Source of the DNA: Octopus sinensis
Lineage: Eukaryota
Direction: 5' to 3'
Assembly (NCBI RefSeq): GCF_006345805.1
Contig: NC_043010.1
Coordinates: 49,228,001 to 49,292,000, forward strand
Length of the DNA: 64,000 nt
The notes under the pieces are model-generated. The model worked only from the letters and a program-made list of their open reading frames with translations, was not told the origin of the DNA and ran no database searches. Shown piece after piece: positions 50,689 through 64,000 of the stretch (positions within the stretch are counted from its first letter, which is position 1; each line of letters starts with the position of its first letter). The translations under genes and the position numbers were made by a program.

Positions 50689-51341
50689 TTATGTATCATA
50701 CCTTTCCCATGATGTGACATAAGGGAAGTGCAATGATTAAGTTTTGAAAGAGCTTCAAGAGACTTGTCTTATTGTGAGAGTTTCTTTTAATGTATGTTGC
50801 TCACCTAGCTTGAATAACAGATATTAATAAAACTTTCCCATATTTTTAGAAGATGAAAATTCCAGTTTCAAGAAAAGTGAGAAGTAGTGTTGTAGTGTTG
50901 TGGGGTATCATATGAAATAGCCATATATTCTTTAACTGAACATTCCCAAAGTGAAATATTTGGAAACTGATACTTATGAGGTAAGTTGTTGCTGCTGCTA
51001 CAATTCTTACTGTTAATGTTGTTGTTGTTGTTATTTAGCCCCAGGTCAGCTCTGACTAAACAGGCTTGTGATCAGAGATGCCCTTACAATAATTATCCTG
51101 TCTCTTTAGGATATTCAGGAATCCATTTGCCAAGATACTTTGCTTTTTTCTTAACAGTAGGATTTAAGCTGAAGAAATTTAGCTGCTATTTTGTGCAGGA
51201 CAAACAACTACATAGAGAATCCTTTGCTGGCTTGACTGTGTTAGGTCAAATATATGTATATATTTATATACATACATACATATATATATATATGATAATG
51301 CTGTTTTTCTTTCTTTCTTTTTCCCCTCTTTTTCTTCCACC

Positions 51342-51380
<39 letters not shown>

Positions 51381-51825
51381 CCCCCTCTCTCTCTCTCTGA
51401 TAAAGCTTCTATACTGGCACTCCTTCCAACATCAACACCAATAATATTTATTCCTCACATTACCAGACAGTGATAAATTTGTAAAGGTGGTCTCATTAGA
51501 TACTTTATGCTTATTTTATTCTAGAAAAGTGTGTGGCCTAGCAGTTAAGGTATTCAACTCATAATTATAAGCTTGTGGGTTCAATTCCCAAAGCAGGTTG
51601 TAAGTTGTGTCCTTGAGCAAGGCACTTCATTTCATGTTGCTTCAGTCTACTCAGCTGAAAATGCATCCCATCCAAGTGCCAGTGCAGCCCTCTCTCCCCA
51701 CTGAATGTCACATCTTGGACGTTCCGATGGATCAAAGGTATCTATGTCTGCTCATAAGCAGTTGAAGCTGCCAAAATCACACTCACTTGTGAGTGGCAGT
51801 TGGCTGCACTGTACCGTACTGCATT

Positions 51826-52290
51826 TTTCAAGATGGTACCAAAAGGTTTCTGGTCAAGTTATGTTTGCCTAAGTTTTAACAACTTCTCCTTTGAAATAGT
51901 TACCTTGTGCAGCAATACACTAATGTCAGCATTCCTACCACTCTTGGAATCCGGTCTGGAAGACATTTTCTGTGAGCGAGTCAAAGACCTTCTGTGATTC
52001 ACTCTGGATCTCAACAGCGGTGTTAAAACGGTGACCTTTGAGCTGCATTTTCATCTTGGGGAAGAGATGGAAGTCCACAGGTGCTAAAACCTGGTGCATA
52101 GGATGGTTATGGAAGCAGTACTATGTTGTTTTGGGTGAGAAACTCATGAACAAGGAGAGCTCAGTGAAGGATCCAGTTCTTTGTGCTCCACAGATTCAAT
52201 CACTTTCACCAAATGTCTTTCCTTAAACACCTCAAAATGTCACAGTAGAACTCTTGATTGATGGTCTGGTCCTGGGTGGATGGGGAATTC
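51826..52290 (-). mobile_element. mariner transposase C-terminal fragment (decayed)
   Basis: Minus translation LAPVDFHLFPKMKMQLKGHRF...CIAAQGNYFEG resembles the YSPDLAP.D region. Confidence 0.8.
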
Positions 52291-53329
52291 TTGATGCACA
52301 ATACTACATTTCCAAGGGTGACACTCATAGCATGTCTTACAGATCACTCATTATCTTCCAGGGATGTTCTTCTTTTTGCCTGACATACTAAGAATTTTGC
52401 CATATCAGGCCCAAATATTCTACCTGTTTTCTGTTCAAAATGGCCAGATCTGGTTTTTCACACCTCCCCTACAAAGTCATTCTAAAATAAATAGTTCCAT
52501 TATTGAAATCTCAAGGTTACAAAATAATGCATGATTAATTCAAAACAATATAAATAAATAAGAATTACATTTGGCAGAGTAATCTGAATGCTGAAGGGTT
52601 AAAATGAAATCAGGATCCACAGAGAGAAAGGCTTACCTATTCAAATTCACCATGTAATTTATCTTTGCCTGAAGCCATAGTCTTCTAGAATTAACCTTCC
52701 AAATGTCTCAGACATCAGCTATCAGGTAAATATCCGGTTTCAGATAAAGTAATACTAAAACACCTGTGTTCATTCTGATCTTCTGCCCTGCCATTACCAT
52801 CTTATCTATATACATTAATCCTTCTAATATGCAACAAGATATATATGAATATTTATCATTCAACTCTTTGGTGTTGATATTTGGTCAACTGTAATTCATT
52901 CATGATGAAAGTCACATCATCAACTATAAAAAGAGGACTGTGTGTGGTAAGACATGTTGTGGAGGATTTTGCAGGTGTCTGGGATCAACAGACAACTTCT
53001 TCTAGTCTTGAAGTCTCTGTATAAATGATTTCAGTTTTGGCACAATGTCAGCAATTTAAGAGAGGGTAAATCAATTGCATTGACCCCAGTGTTTCACTGG
53101 TACTTAATTTATCAACCCTGAAAGGATGAATTGCAAAGTTGACCTTGGCAAAATTTGAACTCAGGCATGCTAACAATTCTGCCAGCTCACCAATGTCATA
53201 GAATTTCTGTTCTGGTGAATGATATGAGTCAAAGCCTTTCCTTATGAATGGCTGACTCTGTCACTTCTCTTTTTCATAATCTTTATAAATTGGATTCACA
53301 TGTGCAACCATGATGGAAATGGTTTCAAA

Positions 53330-53990
53330 ATTGGTGCAAGTCATATCAGCCAGCTGATATTTGCAGACAATGTGATATCACTTGTTAGAAGGTAATCTTC
53401 AGCATGCACCTAAGAGGCTTACTGACGTGTGCAAGGATGAATATCAGTGTTGCAAGACTGAGGTGTTGCTCCTCTTGAGAAAGCCTGCTTAGTGCACTTA
53501 ATATGTTACTGGAGCCATACTGAAGCAAATGAAGAAATTCAAGTACCTTTGGACTGTTTCAATGTGTGATGGAAAAGGCAAGAGATTGAATTGAATGCAA
53601 GAATTGCTGGTGATGGTAACAGTAACATGCCAGCTACAGTAATTGGTTGTCAGAAGAAGGCTGGTAGGTAAAAATGCCAAACTCACAACCTTCAAATCGG
53701 TTTTTGTTCTTATGGCCAAGAGTTTTCAATAGGGACCGAATGAATACAACTGTGAATACAAATGGTCAAGATGAGGTTTCTCCAAAAATCCCATTGGTTG
53801 CTGAAATAATCCTGATTGAGTACATAGCTCAGAGGTTAGAGAGTTGCTCTAGGTTGAGCACTTCTTTGTATTGATGGCTCACAGTGTCAGTACCACTAGC
53901 ATATGGTTAGAATATCTGAGGAAAGAATTGCAGGACAGATTTTGTGGGCAGAGTCAACTGGCAGAAGACCTCAGAATAGACCCCTAGCAA
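53330..53990 (+). mobile_element. Decayed RTE-type RT fragment
   Basis: Broken frames give IFADN (YADD-like), ISVAKTEV and KKFKYL. Confidence 0.55.
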
Positions 53991-55640
53991 TATGGTTAAA
54001 TATTCTTGATAGCTTTAGTTGGTCATTATGAGGGATCCAGCCAGAACATGTGCTTTTTATGGAACTCTCTGGAGGGTATATCTAAGGTCTCTGTCCTCTT
54101 GAGACTTTTTGGAATTATGACTAATGAAGATGGATGGATAGACTCCCAAGTGGAATAAACATCTAGGAAGTCAATGTCAACAGGCCTGTGTACCTCCACC
54201 CCATGCGAAAAGACCTTTGAATATACAGCCGGATCCATAAAGTAATTATGATTTAATTAATTTTATATATAACAAGATTAAGGCGTTGAGCTGGCAGTAT
54301 CATTAGCATGCTGGGCAAAAGGCTTGGTAGCATTTCATCTGTCTTTACAGTCTAAGTTCAAATTCCACCAAGGTCAACCGTTTCAGGGTTGATAAAATAA
54401 GTACCAGTTGAACACTGAGGTTGGTGTAATTGATTTAACCCTCCCCTAAAATTGCTGGCCTTGTGCCAAAATTTGAACCCAAAGTATAGCAATATTGTTA
54501 ATTTAGTGTTTCTTTTTTTAAGTCTTTAATTTAAAGCTCCTTTATAATATCCACCACAAGCCTTGAATTAGTTTAATCTGTAAGATACAAATGAATCTGT
54601 AAGTTAAATTCTGTGAAATAATATCGGGATTTCAATAAACAAACAAAAGCCTAGATATTTTCTTTCTAGTCTGGTTATCTTATGAGAGTTAAAAGTACAA
54701 GTGAGCTACAAGTGTATAAATATGCATTTTCAATCATAAACAAGAGCAGCCTTTGAGCTAGAATGATCTGTAAAAAATTTTTATGAAAAAATTGTCATCA
54801 TCTACTTATTGATTTGCATGGGCCAAGAGCCTATCTTTTAAATGCCAACTCTCAATAACTTTTGGCCAATATCAGTTACTGAGTTGTAATGGTCTCTGAC
54901 TATAACTTCCTACACAGTTTGAAAAGAATATAGACATTTCTACAGCTTTTATTCATAGTATGACTATATGCATTTGTCATGTAACAACTCCATTGTATTA
55001 TATTTTGTTGTATAGCATTATATTGTGTAACATGCTATGTGACTTGTTCATAGTTGATACTGAAACATCTCAAGTTACAGGACCAATTTATCAAGCTTAT
55101 GCATGACTCAAATGGGATTGTTGTGTCCAGCTTAAAGACACGTCATTTGACTGCTACATTTGCATGTATCATCCACCTCCGCTGCTGATTTGGTCACCTA
55201 GATAACAAAAGCTATGAACTACTTCTAGCTTACCTCACTGGCATTTGATGAAGTATATTTCCTATACATTACTAGTGTTTATTGTATCTGTACATCTGCT
55301 ACACACAGACTATTTTCCTTGTTAACCTTCCTCTAACATTTCTGCACCTCTTATGTGTCCATAACTCGCACTAGGTACACCTTAACGACTTTCTACTTAC
55401 GCATTTTCTACATTTTCTATATTGAGCAGGGCCATCTACCTGAAGGATCTGATTTGTCTGCTTTCCTGCTCACTAAGACTGAATTTTGCTTAATTAAATC
55501 AAAGGCCCTTTAATTCCAGACACTTACTTTCACCCCTGAAAGTTTCTCTTCAGTTCTGTTGGTGATTCATCTATAAGAACATGGTCATCAGCATAGAGGA
55601 ACTCCCAGGGATAGCCTGACTTAAATTCTTCAGTTATTGC

Positions 55641-55810
55641 CTAGAGAATTATGATGTGCAAAAGGGGAATGAGGATTAATCCTTGGTGAACTCCTACTTG
55701 TACACTGAATTCATTGCTATACTCATTGTCAACCCTCACTTTACTGACAATGTCTTGTACAGCTCTCACAAACCACTCATCTATCCCTTGTTTCTGCATT
55801 AACCAAAGCT
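55641..55810 (-). mobile_element. RTE-type RT fragment
   Basis: GIDEWFVRAVQ...SKVRV.NEYSNEFSVQVGVHQG.IL.PLL (QG motif). Confidence 0.8.
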
Positions 55811-55847
55811 TGTGAGGGGATTTTGGTTGACAGAAATTGAAAGAAGG

Positions 55848-56050
55848 CACCAAGCTGGTAGAAACGTTAGCATGCTGGTTGAAATGCTTAGCGGTCTTTT
55901 GTTTGCCGTTACGTTCTGAGTTCAAATTCCACCGAGATTGATTAAATAAGTACCAGTTATGCACTGGGGTCGATATAATCGACTTAATCCATTTGTCTGT
56001 CCTTGTTATCCCCTCTGTGTATAGCCCCTTGTGGGCAGTAAAGAAATAAG
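55848..56050 (+). mobile_element. SINE family B inserted in SINE family A
   Basis: Flanked by the duplicated GAAA(T/C)TGAAAGAAG. Confidence 0.75.
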
Positions 56051-56460
56051 AAACTGAAAGAAGTCCAAGGGGTCTCAGAGTGGGACTGAACCTGAAATTG
56101 TGAAGTTGCAAACTGAAATTCTTAACCATACAACTAAGTCTGTACCTAACCACACAGCTATACTTATGCCTAACCACACAGCAATAAATGTATGTATTGA
56201 TTTCAAATTTTGACACAAGGCCAGAAATTTCATGGGAGGAGTTAAGTTGATTACATCAACCTCAATGTTCATCTGGTACTTATTTTATTGATTCCAAAAG
56301 CATGAAAGGATGAAAAAAGTTTCAGTACGTCCAAATTACTAAAGATTAGCATAGTATTGATTTCAAATTTTGGCACAAGGCCAGCAATCTAGGGGGAGGG
56401 TGTAGTCAATTACATTGACCCCAGTGCTCAACTCATACGTATTTTATCGACCCTGAAAGG

Positions 56461-57046
56461 ATGAAAGGCAAAGTCAACCTCAGCAGAATTTGAACTTAGA
56501 ACTTACAGATGGATGTAATGCTGCTACGTATTTTGCCCGGTGTGCTAATGGTTCTGCCAGCTTGCCACCATCATAAGTGCATATATTAACAAAAGATTAG
56601 CAAACAAAATAGGCAATTATGATAACTATAACAGGCATAGGGTTAAAGTAGAAATTATAAATGATAAAATGTTTCTTCCCCACTGCAAAATGTTTCTTAT
56701 CTGTTTTAAAATCCTGATTTGATTTAATGGGGATCGTTAGCATTATGTGGTCAATGAAAGGCAAAGTCAACCTCAGCAGAATTTGAACTCAGAACTTACA
56801 GATGGATGTAATGCTGCTACGTATTTTGCCCGGTGTGCTAATGGTTCTGCCAGCTTTCCACCATCATAAGTGCATATATTAACAAAAGATTAGCGAACAA
56901 AATAGGCAATTATGATAACTATAACAGGCATAGGGTTAAAGTAGAAATTATAAATGATAAAATGTTTCTTCCCCACTGCAAAATGTTTCTTATCTGTTTT
57001 AAAATCCTGATTTGATTTAATGGGGATCGTTAGCATTATGTGGTCA
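56461..57046. repeat. 293-bp tandem duplication
   Basis: 56461-56753 and 56754-57046, three substitutions seen. Confidence 0.9.
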
Positions 57047-57719
57047 ATAACATATTAATAACTATATGATTCAATCAACTGATGTTATTTACGAGGCAAA
57101 AACTCAATTATTGCATAATGAGTTAAAGACATCAAAATAGTAAAATAGAATTGCAAGTCTGTTAATTAACATCCAACAAAAATGAAGTAAATCTGCCCAT
57201 TTACTCTTGCCATATTAAACTTGATTATTCTAATTTGTTTAATTAAAGTGTATTGGATTTCAGAAATATTCTGTGAATTGGATCGACCTTTCCACCCAGT
57301 TGTTCACTGGAGTTGAAGCAAGTGTTATAGGATGATAGTAACAGAGCAAGTACAGAATCACTAAGTTGAAATTAATAGCTTACAATTTTGGCCCAAGGCC
57401 AACAATTTTGAGAAAGGGGTTTAGTCAATTGCATTGACGCCAGCACTTGATTGGTACTTTTTTCATTGATTTTGAAAGGATAAAAGGCAAAATTAACCTT
57501 GGTGGAATTCGAACTCAAAATGTAAAGATGGATGTAATGCCTGGTATATAAGTGATCCTGCTAGTGTGCTGCCTTCAATTGACATGAATATTAATCTAAT
57601 TATGAATGCAAGTCTGTCACATATATTCTATTATGACTGGTTATAGACAAGTAGATATGGAAGCTAAATCCTTTATGTATCCAAGAGTAAGACAATAGAG
57701 TTGAAATAATGGAATTATT

Positions 57720-58045
57720 TGCAGGCATGGGTTGCGTGATAAAAAGTTTGCTCCACATGGTTTTAGATTTAGTCCCACTGCATGGCATCTTGGGCAAGTA
57801 TTTTCTAGTATAGCCTTGGGCTGACCAAAGCCTTGTGAGGGGATTTTGGGAGACAGAAACTGAAAGAAGCTGAAAGAAGCTGAAAGAAACTGAAAGAAGG
57901 CGGCGAGCTGGCAGAAACGTTAGCACGCCGGGCAAAATGCTTTGCGGTATTTCATCTGCCATTACGTTCTGAGTTCAAATTCCGCCGAGGTCGACTTTGC
58001 CTTTCATCCTTTCGGGGTCGATACATTAAGTACCAGTTACACACT
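57720..58045 (+). mobile_element. SINE A 5' half with SINE B inserted after GAAACTGAAAGAAG
   Basis: CTGAAAGAA repeated four times, then GCGGCGAGCTGGCAGAAACG. Confidence 0.8.
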
Positions 58046-58083
58046 AGTACTTAATCCAAGCTTCTTTACTAGTTCCTCAACAG

Positions 58084-58320
58084 TTACGATAGGATTTGCA
58101 GGACATCCTTGTTGAACTTTACAGATCTTTCAAAATGAGGCTCATCTTCTAGGTTGTAGTTTCCAGCTTGGAATTTCTGGAACCACCATTGACACTGGCT
58201 TATGCTTATTGTCCAATCCCAATATACTGCATTAATATTCCTCATACTTTCCATTGCATCATTTCCTTTATTGAACTCATAAAGCAAAATATGCTGAATA
58301 TGCACCTTTGTCACTTCCAT
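58084..58320 (-). mobile_element. mariner transposase N-terminal HTH fragment
   Basis: HILLYEFNKG...INAVY...QCQWWFQKF..GNYNLEDEP. Confidence 0.85.
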
Positions 58321-58929
58321 TATAGCTTTGGAAAAATGACTTTAAAATCGAACTGCACTAAGAATAAGTACAAGGTGAAATTACTACCTGCTTTTATAGC
58401 AAGATGATGCAGGTGGTTTATCTTTCCCCCTCTGACTTTTAGTTCATGCAATTGCAAAAACTGCATTTTTTATGGGATGACCCAATATTTCTGTTGATAA
58501 CAACACACTTAATAAATTTTATCACCTTTCATTCCTGTAATTCAAATAAGAACAATGTTGTCTATTTCTATATGAAAAACTTATTTTCTATTAATTTCTC
58601 TGTTGTTTTGTCGTTTTATCTTTTCATACCCTTGACAGTGTAGTTATTTTTATATGGCATGATTAACCGTAATTTATTTATCTATTTATTTATTTATCTT
58701 CCTTCTTTACTTGCTTCAGTCATTTGATTGTGGCCAAGTTGGGGCACCATCTTGAAGACTTTTTTAGTCAAACAAATCAATCCCAGGACATTTAAAAAAA
58801 AACAACTTAGTACTTATTTTATCATTTGCTGAATTACTAAGTTACAGGGATGTAGACACACCAGCACCAGTTGTCAAGTAGTGGTGAGGAGACAAACACA
58901 CGCACACACACACAGACACACACACACCT

Positions 58930-59422
58930 CAGCAGTATTTGAACTCAGAATGTAATGACAGACGAAGTACCACTGAGCATTTCACCTGGCATACTAATGT
59001 TTCTTATTTCTTTATTGCCCACAGGGGGCTAAACATAGAGGGGACAAACAAGGACAGACAAAGGGATTAAGTCGATTACATCGACCCCAGTGCATAACTG
59101 GTACTTAATTTATTGACCCCGAAAGGATGAAAGGTAAAGTTGATCTCGGTGGAATTTGAACTTAGAACATAAAGACAGACGAAATACCTATTTCTTTACA
59201 ACCCACAAGGGGCTAAACATAGAGTGGACAAACAAGGACAGACAAAGAGATTAAGTCGATTACATCGACCCCAGTGCGTAACTGGTACTTAATTTATCGA
59301 CTCCCAAAAGGATGAAAGGCAAAGTTGACCTCGGCGGAATTTGAACTCAGAACGTAAAGACAGACGAAATACCGCTAAGCATTTTGCCTGGCGTGCTAAT
59401 GTTTCTGCCAGCTTGCCACCTT
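58930..59422 (-). mobile_element. Nested or tandem SINE family B copies
   Basis: Duplicated GGGGCTAAAC...CGACCCCAGTGC...GGAATTTGAAC blocks. Confidence 0.8.
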
Positions 59423-59674
59423 CGTTTCTGCCATGTATATGTGTATGCGTACCCTTGTCTTGACATCATGTGATGGTTTTAAATGAGCTATCATACAAAT
59501 GATATTGCTTGTTTCCAGTCTTCTGTGAAAAACACGTCTGGCCTGGCCATGGGGAACTAGAACCTTGTTTGGAAATTGGTAATGGTTGATGATAGGAAGG
59601 ACATCCAACAACAGAAAAATCTGCCACGACAAATTCCATCTCACCTTCGCAAGTATGGGAAAGTGGACATTAAA

Positions 59675-59687
59675 TGATGACAACAAC

Positions 59688-59727
<40 letters not shown>

Positions 59728-59950
59728 GTGATGATGGTGATGATGGTGATGATGATGATGATGATGATGACGACGATGATAATGATGATGATGATGACAG
59801 TGATGACGACGACGATGATGATAATGATGATGATGATGACGACGACAATGACGATGATGAATGATGATGATGATGATGTTGACGATGACTGATGATGATG
59901 AATGATGATGGTGATGATGACAATGACGACGAAGACAGTGGTGATGACAA
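59675..59950. repeat. (GAT)n/(GAC)n trinucleotide array at a family C tail
   Basis: Direct observation. Confidence 0.95.
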
Positions 59951-60384
59951 TATTTATGTGTGTGTGTGTGTTCGTTAATTCATTATCATTTGCCATGATT
60001 GACTTACTGCCTGGAGGTCATTGTTAAGTAATCTCCAGAGGATTTCCAAGTCTGGAATCATGAATATTTTAGAAGATTCCTCAGAATGCTTAGTGCTCTC
60101 AGGAGATACAATTCATGTGTTGTGAATAAGGTGTATAGGCATGAAAGACCGAATCAGTCAAGAACTGTGAAAAAAAAAAAAAGATGGAACCATCCTCTCA
60201 GCATGCAGCCATGAATGTAGATCAGCTTCTCATAAGCTAACCTTAAAATACTGTGTTATTTGGTATCATCAATGAAAGAATCAAATGTCAAGTGAGGTCA
60301 TCATGAAGATTGCTCTCTTAAATTGTTATCTCCCTTTTTGAAAGATGATCAAGCAGTTCGCTCTCCCTTTCTCCCTCTACAATC

Positions 60385-60398
60385 ATGTCTTCTCTCTG

Positions 60399-60443
<45 letters not shown>

Positions 60444-60528
60444 CCATTCATTCTTTCTCATTCTATTCATCCTCTCTCTCCATTCATCCTCTCTCTCTCT
60501 TTCTCTACCTACTTACCCACTTACCTAC

Positions 60529-60559
<31 letters not shown>

Positions 60560-60714
60560 CATACATACATACATACATACATACTTGGATCTAGGTTAGA
60601 AACCGGTTCTTTTTCTGTTGACAAGAATCTTGAAATAAACTGAATAATGACATACATACCTAATTCCCTGTCTGTTTATTTGCCTTCCTGCTTGTCTGTG
60701 TGTATGTCTGTCTG

Positions 60715-60755
<41 letters not shown>

Positions 60756-60920
60756 GTCTGTCTTTTTCTCTCTCTTTCTCTTTTCTCTCTCCCTGTCATA
60801 GAAAGAGAGAAGAGAGAGAGAGAGAAAAGAGAAAAAGAGACAGACAGACACACCTATCTGCCTACCTACCCACTGACTTACCTACCTAACTCTCTGTTTG
60901 TCTGTCTGTCTGTCTCTCTG

Positions 60921-60954
<34 letters not shown>

Positions 60955-61050
60955 CTTACCTAACTAACTATCTACCTACCTACCCACTGACTTACCTACC
61001 TAACTCTCTGTCTCTCTGTCTCTCTGTCTCTCTGTCTCTCTCTCTCTTTG
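60385..61050. repeat. Compound (CT)n/(TACA)n/(CCTA)n microsatellites
   Basis: Direct observation. Confidence 0.9.
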
Positions 61051-61639
61051 TTCATTACTTATGATGAAGCGTGTATTAGAATGGATGAGGGTAAAAGGGG
61101 CAAGATTTGGTATTTTCCAATCCTGGGAAAATACTTTCATCATCACAAGCAAGTATAACATACGGAAGATAGTAATAACAGAGAGAGAATCCTGTCTCAA
61201 GAAATATTTTATAGAGTGTTCACCTTCCATAAACTTCACCCTGCTGTCAGACTTGTCTTGCCAACACCATTGCTGATGCGTCACTGCTCTCTTTTTAGTT
61301 TTATGCTTCTTTTACAGTTCACTTTTCTGTTTTGTGTTTTATCCTATGAATGATGCAAGCACTTATACTTACAATTTTGTTTTTCTTTATCTGACCTTTT
61401 GATTTATAACTCCTTCTGTTTACTCCTTTCATCATTTTCTTAAGAGCTTTAGTGCACTTAAGTATTATATGCAATAAGTTTTTAAAGCCAGGTTGAATAA
61501 CCACAAATACTCTTTTAGAATCCAAGAGGATTGCAATGTTACAACATTAGCCACTATATAGGGTGATTAACAGAAGAAGTAATGCTCTACAAGATCAAAT
61601 GGAAATTACTTGAAACAGTCTGTCTATATATGAATGGGT

Positions 61640-61790
61640 TTCAGTTGCACAAGTTTTTCTTGATTGTGTCAAGAACAATGAAAATCTTTTTGAAAGCTTT
61701 GCATAGGCCTCTGAGCAAGTATCACCAAGCTTTTGGCAAAATTTGAAACAGATTCTCAGCTCAACTTTCTCTGTCATGGTCAATGCAATG
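61640..61790 (-). mobile_element. mariner transposase N-terminal fragment
   Basis: MTEKVELRICFKFCQKLGDTCSEAYAKL. Confidence 0.75.
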
Positions 61791-61849
61791 ATCATCTGCT
61801 ACACACCTTCCTTCCAAGCACTGCTGTAAACAACAGAAGTAAGCTAAAA

Positions 61850-62115
61850 TAAGGTGGCGAGCTGGCAGAAATGTTAGCAAAGGCGGCGAGCTGGCAGAAA
61901 CATTAGCACACCAGGCAAAATGCTTTGTGGTATTTCGTCTGCTAATATGTTCTGAGTTCAAATTCCGCCGAGGTCGACTTTGCCTTTCATCCTTTCAGGA
62001 TCGATTAAATAAGTACCAGTTACGCACTGGGGTCGATATAATCAGCTTAATCCATTTGTCTGTCCTTGTTTGTCCCCTCTGTGTGTTGCCCCTTGTGGGC
62101 AGTAAAGAAATAAGA
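61850..62115 (+). mobile_element. SINE family B with duplicated 5' head
   Basis: GGCGAGCTGGCAGAAA occurs twice at the 5' end. Confidence 0.85.
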
Positions 62116-63298
62116 AGTAAGCTAAAGTGTTAAAACTTAGTGCACAGCATGCAGAGCAGAGTTCAAGGTCAATCTGTGCCAAATAGCTTTGCTCTGTGTG
62201 CTTAAGCCTCATAACTATGGCAACAGTTCAGGTACTTATTGATCAGACCACATATGAGCAACTGATCTGTATTCATTGACTGTGTTTCCCCCATCATGGG
62301 GCATTGGACTGAAGGTCCAAACTGACATACTTAGCGTTTTGTTCAGACCACATCTCTCCAGGTGGATAGGAACTGGAATTGAGTTATGAGCAGGATAGCC
62401 AGTATCATCCACAAAGTATGTGTATACGTAGTTATGTATGAATGAATGTATATATGTTTGTATGTGTTTGTATGCTGATGTATGTATATGTGCATGTGTA
62501 TTTATGTATGTTGGTATTGTGCTTAAGTATATCTATGTGTATGTATATATGTATGTATATATAAGCATACATTCTCTATTTGGTGCTCTTTCATTTATAG
62601 TTATCTAAAAGTCCAACACTGTTTTCTCATCAATTTTGTATCATTCTGTCGGGTTTTTTTTTAAATGATAATCTCTTCTAATGTAAAGTATTTTATGATG
62701 CCATCATGGCATTTAAGGAGCCACCATCATTATCACCACCACCACTACCACCACTAGACAAAATGTTTATTGGTATTTCATCCATCTTTATGTCATGAGT
62801 TCAACTTCTGCCAAGATCACCTTTACCTTTCACCCTTTTAGGGTCAATGAAATAAGTACCACTTGAACACTGGGCTCGATGTAATTGATTAGTCCCCTCA
62901 CCCCAGATTTCAGGCTTGTACTTACAGTAAAAAAGATTACAAGGTCATTCATATCTAAGAGGCATTATAGGAATATAAATCAACCCATTGACTGATTGGG
63001 ACATTATTTCATTGACTACAGAAGAATGAGGGACATAGCTGAAATCAGTTGGATTTGAACTCAGAATATAAAGGGTTGTAACATTAATATACTGCTAGAC
63101 ATGTTGTCCAATGTTCTAATAGTTCAGCCAATCGACAAAACAATGTCTTGAAAGAATAACTTGGTAGGACTCAAGGGAGATTAAGCTCTTTTCATTCTGA
63201 GCTCATATTTGACCATGGATCAAATTTACTTTTTTTAAACTCAAAAAAATTAAAAGAAATGGTTACAAAAGAAGGATTTTCTAACTATGTCATCACAA

Positions 63299-63470
63299 GG
63301 CACTGGAGTGGCTGTGTGGTAAGTGGCTTGCTTACCAACCACATGGTTCTGGATTCATTCCCACTGTGTGGCACCTTGGGCAAGTTCCTGCCTCAGGCCG
63401 ACCAAAGCCTTGTGGGTGGATTTGGTAGACAGAAACTGAAAGAAGCCCGTCATATATATGTATGTATATG

Positions 63471-63521
<51 letters not shown>

Positions 63522-63754
63522 GTGTATGTGTGTGTGTTTGTGTTTGTGTATATGTTTGTGTGTCTTTGAGTGGACAAACGTGGTGTGTTTATGTCCCCGT
63601 AACTTAGTGGTTTGGCAAAAGAGACTAATAGAATAAGTACTAGGCTTTCAAAAATAAGTCCTGGGGTCGATTTGCTTGACTAAAGGCGGTGCTCCAGCAT
63701 GGCCACAGTCAAATGACTGAAACAAGTAAAAAAGAGTAAAAGAGTAGAAGAGTA
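63299..63754 (+). mobile_element. SINE family A, full length
   Basis: Complete head, central (TG)n and (AAAGAGTA)-type tail. Confidence 0.9.
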
Positions 63755-64000
63755 TCCCATCATAGGTAGTAAATTAGTACCAGTAATATACTGAGCTTGA
63801 TTCAATAGACCTTTGAGCAGTCTAATGAGAGACAGTATTCTGCTTCCTCCTCTCCTGAAAATGTATAAATGTAAGGAATCATCTTGTGATGACAAAGTTA
63901 GAAAATCCTTATTTTGCAACCATTTCTTTTAATTTTTTTGAGTTGAAAAAAAATTTTTTTTATCAAGCTGAAAACTGTGCTCCAGTTGGGGCTTTATGGT

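Noticed and set aside
59586-59996. Poly-Asp, poly-Met and poly-Ser ORFs
   Set aside because: These are frames of the (GAT)n tail of a family C retroposon.

Overview
AT-rich, microsatellite-dense animal genomic DNA; the SINE families and (TA)n/(CA)n/(TACA)n load suggest an octopus (my recognition, not verified). Only one host-gene feature is supportable: a 36-nt first coding exon of an lst2/ZFYVE28 homolog (11287-11322, minus) with a CpG-rich promoter-like region at about 12 kb. The rest is repeats: several tRNA-type SINE families, decayed RTE and CR1 LINE pieces, mariner fragments, a full-length fossil pogo transposon, a hAT MITE, a 4.65-kb 30-bp minisatellite and many Penelope-like element (PLE) fragments. 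The main signal is a varied set of hammerhead ribozyme (HHR) motifs in PLE terminal repeats. (1) A candidate non-circularly permuted HHR occurs twice in a young 857-bp tandem unit (44.1-45.2 kb) and again, in unrelated sequence, at 29.7 kb. (2) A minimal HHR with a U3-A8 core sits at 40.7 kb. (3) Two fold-back palindromes have their symmetry axes just 5' of an HHR core. All structures were paired by eye and no catalysis was tested. Nearly all ORFs in the supplied track are microsatellite artefacts.
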